A program made the position numbers and the translations under genes. The notes beneath the pieces are model-generated. The model made no database searches and was not told where the DNA came from. It saw nothing but the letters and a program-made list of their open reading frames with translations. From Thermoproteota archaeon (lineage in GTDB: Archaea; Korarchaeota; Korarchaeia; Korarchaeales; Korarchaeaceae): a DNA stretch of 64,000 nucleotides. The stretch is taken from contig JAOZFN010000017.1 in the NCBI GenBank assembly GCA_027492205.1, positions 64,001 through 128,000 on the forward strand, given 5' to 3'. Of the stretch, positions 58,291 through 64,000 are shown piece by piece (positions within the stretch are counted from its first letter, which is position 1; each line of letters begins with the position of its first letter).

Positions 58291-60330
58291 TCAATCCTCC
58301 AACAGGGCCGCAAGAACTTCCTTCTCGATTGAGGCCTCACGGGTCTTAACTCTACGTAGAACCGTCAGCGTGAGAAGGACGAGGATCGAGCCCACTACAA
58401 GTGCTAGGAACCAGGTGGGAATTACCGACACCCTGATGCTGCTCTCGGCCAGGGTGGTTCCCTCGAAGAGGGCCCTGGCGTATACCGCGTGCTCACCCGT
58501 CGGCACCCTGATGCTGAAGACCCGGCTACCGCCCTCCTCGATGGTGACGTTTTGCCGGAGGGCGGGGGAAGAGTCCACGAAGCACTCCAGCGTAATGTTG
58601 AGGGGAAGCGGATAGGGGTTGTCCACGCTGAGCTCCACCTCCGCGGACCCCAGCTTCACCCCCGCAGGGGCCTCCAGTCTGAGGGGGATGGATGGGCCCA
58701 CCACGGCTGCCGATAGGTTGTATTCTGCCGTGAAGGTTCCCGCCGAGCCTAAGACGCGGATCCTCAGGCGGTGGACTCCGGGCTCAAGCGGCAGGGTTAT
58801 GTTCTGATAGGTGGGGCCCGGGGGTAGGCTGCAGCCCTCGCTATACACCTCGACCCCGCGGTCGAGCACGGCAACCCTGATGGGGACGTCTACGGGATTC
58901 GGGTTCGTGATCGCGAGGACTATCCTGACCGGCCCCCCTGGTGGGCTAAGGGCCCAAGCCCTGAGCCTCGGCGGCTCCAGCGAAGTAACCTTGGTGGAGG
59001 TCGCGTGAACCCCGCCGGGGGAGCGACACTCGATCTCAAGCAGGTGATCCCCCGGGGGGGCGTCCATCGCGAGGCTCACGTTACTCTCACCCGGGGGGAG
59101 CCGGATCTCCCTCTCCTCCACCGGGACTCCGTCTAGACTGACGGTCAGGGTGACCTCGACGGCAGCAGGGGCCCTATTCTCCAGCGTGAGGTTCAGGCTC
59201 AGCCGGCCCCTGGGAGCCGTCACCTCCACAGGAGCCAAGACGTGGACTGGAGACGCCACGAACGCGGCAACTCCGAAGAGTCCCCCGACGGCCACCGCCC
59301 CGAAGTTCGGGCTCCACTCCATCACCGTGGCGGAGTCGGGCAACAGCCCGGTGGAGAGGACGATCTCCCCCTCTGGAGACAGGATGAGCAACCACCTGTA
59401 TGAGAGGACCGCGAGCCTGTCTCCCTCCTGGCTCCAGCGAACCTCCCGGATCGCCCTACCGTACCTCGGCTTCAACCAGAGCACGGCGCCGGTTGAGTTG
59501 AGGGCCGCGACCCAGTCTCCACCTGCAGCGGCCAGACCCGTCTGAGACCAGTCCACCGAGTGGATTGGCGTCCCAAGCGGGTTTGACCTCCACAGCTCTC
59601 TCCCGCCGGAGTCGTAGCACACCAACACCGAGCTGGCCAGCCCAACGACGAGCCTCGAGGAGTCTGGGGACCACGCTGCCGAGGAGAGTTCGTCGCCATA
59701 CCTTAGAGCCAGCCCGGCCCTCGTCGTCCAGGCCTGAGATCCGTCCTCAGACATAACCGTCAGCCTTCCGTTGTCCAGCCCCACGGCCACGAGTCGGCCA
59801 TCTGGAGACCAGGCGATAGAGGAGGCCCCGGCCTCTAAGCTCACCTCGGAGACGAGACTTCCACTACCCGTGATCAGCAGGAGAGAGGACTCCCTCCCCC
59901 TGGGAACCAGTCTAGAGATGGCTACGGCCAGAGTTCGGCAGTCTGGAGACCACTCCAACAGAGCCTCTTCTCCTCCGCCCTTGACCGGTATCTCCACGAG
60001 TTCCCGCCCACTCCCGTCGAGGATGATTACCGAGCTGGCTGTAACCGCTCCCAGCTTGCCGAGTGGACACCAATCCAGGCCGAGCGGCTCGCCAACCTTA
60101 ACGGACCACACCACTTCACCGGAGGAAGAGTTCAGGGCCGAGATTCCGTCCTCGGTGACGACGGCTATGAGGGCTCCATCTGGAGACCAGCTGAGGTCTT
60201 CAACTGAGCCGATCTCCTCATTCATCCATATGAGGATGTCCCCCCCGACCGCGATCGGCTGGCTCAATGCCAAGACGGTGTGGGAAAACGTCAGGACAAG
60301 CACGGCGAGGGCCGAGGTCGGCTTCCTCAT
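58291..60330 (-). CDS. WD40 beta-propeller surface protein with Ig/CARDB-like modules and C-terminal TM
   Basis: Repeated WSPDG-like motifs; signal peptide MRKPTSALAVL; TM WFLALVVG. Confidence 0.85.
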   Translation of the reverse strand: MRKPTSALAVLVLTFSHTVLALSQPIAVGGDILIWMNEEIGSVEDLSWSPDGALIAVVTEDGISALNSSSGEVVWSVKVGEPLGLDWCPLGKLGAVTASSVIILDGSGRELVEIPVKGGGEEALLEWSPDCRTLAVAISRLVPRGRESSLLLITGSGSLVSEVSLEAGASSIAWSPDGRLVAVGLDNGRLTVMSEDGSQAWTTRAGLALRYGDELSSAAWSPDSSRLVVGLASSVLVCYDSGGRELWRSNPLGTPIHSVDWSQTGLAAAGGDWVAALNSTGAVLWLKPRYGRAIREVRWSQEGDRLAVLSYRWLLILSPEGEIVLSTGLLPDSATVMEWSPNFGAVAVGGLFGVAAFVASPVHVLAPVEVTAPRGRLSLNLTLENRAPAAVEVTLTVSLDGVPVEEREIRLPPGESNVSLAMDAPPGDHLLEIECRSPGGVHATSTKVTSLEPPRLRAWALSPPGGPVRIVLAITNPNPVDVPIRVAVLDRGVEVYSEGCSLPPGPTYQNITLPLEPGVHRLRIRVLGSAGTFTAEYNLSAAVVGPSIPLRLEAPAGVKLGSAEVELSVDNPYPLPLNITLECFVDSSPALRQNVTIEEGGSRVFSIRVPTGEHAVYARALFEGTTLAESSIRVSVIPTWFLALVVGSILVLLTLTVLRRVKTREASIEKEVLAALLED

Positions 60331-60537
60331 CCTCCGAATCCCCCAGAGATCTTGAAATATAAAATCCGTTTTCAGAGTAAAAGCTAGAGAAGAGATAGAG
60401 ATGGGGGAGACGTCGGGCCTTGGGCAGATTTCCCCAGGAACCGAGCTGACATCCTGGGGGAGGGGGGAGGGTATCACGCTGAGGGGGACCGGCCCTCGGG
60501 GGTTTCTCGACCCCCTCCAGGCGGCACACAAGCCCCC

Positions 60538-60903
60538 TCACTTCTGAGTGAGGCCTGGGGTCTGAAGCGAACCCGCGCCTCTCTCCTCCGGTTCGACGAT
60601 GACGGCCGTTCCCCACGCGTTTATCACGATGGCTCCCTGCAGGAGTTCGGTCGTCTCGAAGTCTATGCCCACGATGGCGTTGGCTCCCATCTCCGCAGCC
60701 TTGGAGATCAACCTCTGCAGGCACTCCGACCTGGCCTTCTCCACCTCCGTGACGTAGGCGCGCACCTCCCCGCCCACGAGGCTCTGGAGGGCCGCGGCGA
60801 GCTGGCCTCCAACCCCCCTCGTCCTGACAGAAGTCGCGTGTACGAGTCCCACCACCCGGGCAACCCTGTGACCCGGTATGTGGGGAGTTGTCACCGCGAT
60901 CAT
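60538..60903 (-). CDS. ybjQ: YbjQ (UPF0145) family protein
   Basis: TTPHIPG, LVGGE..Y, GANAIVGI, GTAV. Confidence 0.93.
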   Translation of the reverse strand: MIAVTTPHIPGHRVARVVGLVHATSVRTRGVGGQLAAALQSLVGGEVRAYVTEVEKARSECLQRLISKAAEMGANAIVGIDFETTELLQGAIVINAWGTAVIVEPEERGAGSLQTPGLTQK

Positions 60904-60969
60904 GCCGCGCCCCGCTGAGCGCGCCCCACAGAAATATCTTACCGGCAGATCGACGCCCGGGGACAGGCG

Positions 60970-61377
60970 ATGAGGGCGAGGGTGAGGCTGCTGGGTGAGA
61001 TGACCTTCGTCGGGGACGCCGACGGCCCAGGGATAGTCGTTGACGGAAAGGGGAGGCTCGGCCCGTCCCCCATGCAGCTAGTCCTCATGGGGGTGGCGGG
61101 GTGCACCGCCGTCGACGTCGCCGAGATCCTCGGGAGGAACGGGCAGGTCTTCGAGAGGCTGGAGGTCGTGGCCGAGGCCGAGAGGGCGCCGGAGCCCCCG
61201 AGGGTGTTCACGAAGGTGAAGATAAGGTACGTGGTGCACGGAGACGTAGACGAGAGGGTCTTGAGGGACGCGATCAAGCTCTCTCAGGCCAGGTACTGCT
61301 CTGCCAGCATCATGGTCAGGAGGTCCGGGGCAGAGGTCACGACCGAGTACGAGGTAGTCAGGGGTCGCGGGGACTGA
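60970..61377 (+). CDS. OsmC/YhfA family protein
   Basis: GPSPMQL...AGCT..DV, LS..RYCSA. Confidence 0.9.
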   Translation: MRARVRLLGEMTFVGDADGPGIVVDGKGRLGPSPMQLVLMGVAGCTAVDVAEILGRNGQVFERLEVVAEAERAPEPPRVFTKVKIRYVVHGDVDERVLRDAIKLSQARYCSASIMVRRSGAEVTTEYEVVRGRGD

Positions 61378-62032
61378 GGGACCTCAGGAGGGAGGGGAGC
61401 TCCCGGATCCCGGGGATTACGTGATCCGCCCCCTTCCTCCTCAGCCTCTCTTCCGGCTCCAGCCCGGTCAGCACGCCGATCGACAGGACGCCGGCCAGCT
61501 TGGCCGACTCGACGTCGACCCAGTAGTCCCCCACGAACACGGCCTCCTCCGGCGAGGCGCTGAAGTCCTCCAGGACCTTCTGGATCAGCTCGTGCCGGTG
61601 CCACAGCCCGCCGGAGTTCGGCTCGTGCTGGCCCAGGGTGTAGACCTCGTCCACCAGGTCTGCCAGGCCGAACCGCCCGAGCTCCCCCCAGAGGGCCTCC
61701 CTGGTGGTCCGCCTGCCCGTGGTGACCACGATCCTAATCCCCATCCTCCTGAGCTCCTCGAGGGCCTCCCTTGCACCCTCAATGAGCCTGTCCTCGGGGT
61801 GCCTCAGCTCGGCGTGCCTCATGGCGAACTCCCGCCAGAATTCGGCCTTATCCACTCCCCCTGGGACGTACTCGTCCAGCCTGTCCTCCGCGTACATCCT
61901 CACGAACTCCCTCCAGCCGGGGGGGCTCCCCCCCACCTTCGAGAGAACCTCCGAGAAGGCGACGTGGAACCTCCGGAGGGTGTCCAGCAGCGTCTGGTCG
62001 AGGTCCAGTATCGCGAGCCTGATCCTAGGCAC
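61358..62032 (-). CDS. HAD-superfamily hydrolase
   Basis: DLDQT, TTG, VGD...DV..AK.AG. Confidence 0.9.
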   Translation of the reverse strand: MPRIRLAILDLDQTLLDTLRRFHVAFSEVLSKVGGSPPGWREFVRMYAEDRLDEYVPGGVDKAEFWREFAMRHAELRHPEDRLIEGAREALEELRRMGIRIVVTTGRRTTREALWGELGRFGLADLVDEVYTLGQHEPNSGGLWHRHELIQKVLEDFSASPEEAVFVGDYWVDVESAKLAGVLSIGVLTGLEPEERLRRKGADHVIPGIRELPSLLRSLSPRDP

Positions 62033-62039
62033 CCTCGAC

Positions 62040-63233
62040 TCACCTCCTGAGTACCCTCTCGACGGCCTCGGCGACTCGCCTGGCGTATTTGGGATTCGTA
62101 TAAACCCTGACGGTCTTTATCGCGGTCACGAGGGCCTCCGGAGGGATTACCCCGCCGCGGACCGACTCCAGGGGGACGACGGGGCCGTCCTCCTCCACGA
62201 CGCCGATGAGCCCGGCGTGGCTGGCGGACGGGAGGGAGGGAGACCCCACCAGGACCCAGTGGGCGGGCACGCCAGCCTCCTCGGCTATGCCCTCGTGCCC
62301 GACCTCGGCGAGCCTGTCTCCGTCCTCGCCCCCCCTCTCCGCCACGAGCCTGACGGGCCTCCTCGCCTCCAGGTCCGAGAGGATCTCGTCCACCCGCCTC
62401 GACTCGGCAGACGCGGCCCTGAGGGCGCAGACGACGGAGTGGTCGTCGAACCGCGCCCAGCCGGAGAGCTCGACCAGCTCCAGGACTTCTTCACCCGCGG
62501 GGAGGCCTACTACGTCCCTCGCGAGCTCGTAGGTCCGCTGGAGCATAAGCTCGAAGGCGACGACCGTCTTGTGGAGGTATACCGCCCTGAACATGAAGGT
62601 CCTGCTCAGGATGAAGTGCTCCAGCGCGTGGAGGGACCTCCTCGGGATTGCGAGCACCGGTGAGCCGGCCAGCTCGGCCTTTCTCACCACCCTGAGGATC
62701 CTCTGGACGTCGGGCCTGCCGTAGGTGACTCCCGTGTGGAGCGAGTCTCTCAGCAGGTAGTCCAGGCGGTCGGCGTCTAGTGGAGAGGAGATCAGGAGAG
62801 ACTCCGGTCTCTTGTGTCCCCACGCGACCTCGGCCACCTCTTCCGGGCTGTACCCGGCCGCCGAGAGGGCGTCGGCCAGCTCGCCGCTCCTGAGCACCTC
62901 CCTGCCCAGCCGCTCGTGGCTCGCCCCCAGGGTGGCCTCGAGGGTGTGGGAGAAGGGCGGGTGGCCGACGTCGTGGAGGAGGGCCGCCAGCCTGGCCAGC
63001 TGAGCGTCTGCCTCGGGTAGGGCGCTCCTGGCCAGGGCCTCGGCCAGGTGCATCGCGCCGAGGCTGTGGGCGAACCTGGTGTGGGTGGCCCCAGGGTAGA
63101 CCAGGTGTGCGGGGCCCAGCTGGGATATCCTGCGGAGCCTCTGGAAGGTCGGGGTGTCTACCACCGACACCTCGACCTCGGTCAGGCCGATGTAACCGTG
63201 GACGTTGTCGTACACGTGTTTGACGAACCTCAT
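62040..63233 (-). CDS. HD-domain phosphohydrolase (SAMHD1/dNTPase-like)
   Basis: FQRLRRI.QLG, HTRFAHSLG, LHDVGH.PFSH, DADRLDYL.RD. Confidence 0.92.
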   Translation of the reverse strand: MRFVKHVYDNVHGYIGLTEVEVSVVDTPTFQRLRRISQLGPAHLVYPGATHTRFAHSLGAMHLAEALARSALPEADAQLARLAALLHDVGHPPFSHTLEATLGASHERLGREVLRSGELADALSAAGYSPEEVAEVAWGHKRPESLLISSPLDADRLDYLLRDSLHTGVTYGRPDVQRILRVVRKAELAGSPVLAIPRRSLHALEHFILSRTFMFRAVYLHKTVVAFELMLQRTYELARDVVGLPAGEEVLELVELSGWARFDDHSVVCALRAASAESRRVDEILSDLEARRPVRLVAERGGEDGDRLAEVGHEGIAEEAGVPAHWVLVGSPSLPSASHAGLIGVVEEDGPVVPLESVRGGVIPPEALVTAIKTVRVYTNPKYARRVAEAVERVLRR

Positions 63234-63307
63234 CGCTCGGGCCCTGGATCTGGCGGAATAATTATTGATTGGTAGGCCCGCGAAAGGGAGTCCCTCTGTT
63301 GGGACCG

Positions 63308-64000
63308 TCAGGAGCGAATCCTTCTGTACAGGGCCGCCGCCAGCGCTAGGGTCAACGCCAGAGGCAGGGCCAGGAACCACTGAGGTAGCACGTTCACCCT
63401 CAGCTCCCCCTCGGCGAGGATGTGCCCTTGGGCGAGCACTCGCGCGTAGACCCAGTGGGTGCCCTGGGAGAGCGTGACCGACGCGGAGGCCTCTCCTCCG
63501 GGAGGCACCGACAGGTTCTCAGAGACCGCGCGATTCCCGTCTATGAACACCTCCAGCGTTAGGTTGAGGGTGAGTTCGTAGGGGTTCTCCACGGTCGCAG
63601 AGAGGCTCCAAGATCCCAACTCGAATCTGCTCGGAGTGGAGATCTTGAGCGGAACGGTCGGGCCGACGACCGCAACGCTAACCCTCTCCTCCGCGAGCTC
63701 TATGTCGGCCGGGCCCACGACCCTCACGGTCAGGTCGTGGGTTCCAGGGCCCAGGTGGATCTCCCACGACTCGTAGAGGACGCCCGGGGACAGGTTCACC
63801 TCGATCCACTCTACCAGCTCGCCATCCTCCTCCAAGACCTCCACCCTGACCGGGATCTCGAGTGGGTTGGGGTTGGTCAGGGCGACCGTGAGATTCACCG
63901 GCCCCCCTGGGACTGAGGACGCCCACGCGGCCAAGCTCAGGTTGGTGATCGACTCAATTACGACCCGCGCGAACGACTCCGAACCCAGGGCCGAGCAGCG
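63308..64000 (-). CDS. C-terminal part of a surface protein paralogous to 58291..60330 (5' end outside window)
   Basis: AW...PGGPV...A.TNPNP, VVGP..PL, NPY.L.LN.TLE.F.D, G.H.VYAR, WFLAL shared; frame open to the window edge. Confidence 0.85.
   Translation of the reverse strand, partial: RCSALGSESFARVVIESITNLSLAAWASSVPGGPVNLTVALTNPNPLEIPVRVEVLEEDGELVEWIEVNLSPGVLYESWEIHLGPGTHDLTVRVVGPADIELAEERVSVAVVGPTVPLKISTPSRFELGSWSLSATVENPYELTLNLTLEVFIDGNRAVSENLSVPPGGEASASVTLSQGTHWVYARVLAQGHILAEGELRVNVLPQWFLALPLALTLALAAALYRRIRS

Overview
High-GC archaeal chromosomal segment. AGG/ATA-rich codons, TATA-type promoters, AMP phosphorylase, a geranylgeranyl reductase and an Nre relic point to a thermophilic, probably TACK-group archaeon (inference). 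No rRNA, tRNA or CRISPR array was seen. The first 14 kb is an accessory island with four VapBC pairs, an MNT-HEPN pair with an internally duplicated MNT, a Mo-cofactor maturation operon (DUF364-xdhC-moeA-mocA), DNA-repair genes and a STAND/NLR-like NTPase with a helical N-terminus. At 17-25 kb a HerA-like ATPase converges on a minus-strand run: YbjN, ATP-cone/Mrr nuclease, PqaA-like protein and a divergent MCM-like AAA+ ATPase. That ATPase has a wHTH-like N-terminus and a 524-aa LAGLIDADG intein just after a non-canonical Walker B, and it is the most striking item. The rest holds pncB/nadE, a Dpp/Opp ABC transporter, AMP phosphorylase, htpX, an Fe3+/phosphoester-type ABC transporter with two surface metallophosphoesterases, and paralogous WD40/Ig-like surface proteins. 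Items absent from the ORF track include a MoaD/SAMP tail, a frameshifted vapC, a 47-aa four-Cys BssC-like protein, relics of an antitoxin, Nre, livF and livK, and a Cys/Trp-rich reading frame broken by TAG. Four single-base frameshifts fall in G/C homopolymers and may be assembly errors. All family assignments come from motif recognition by eye; no searches were run.
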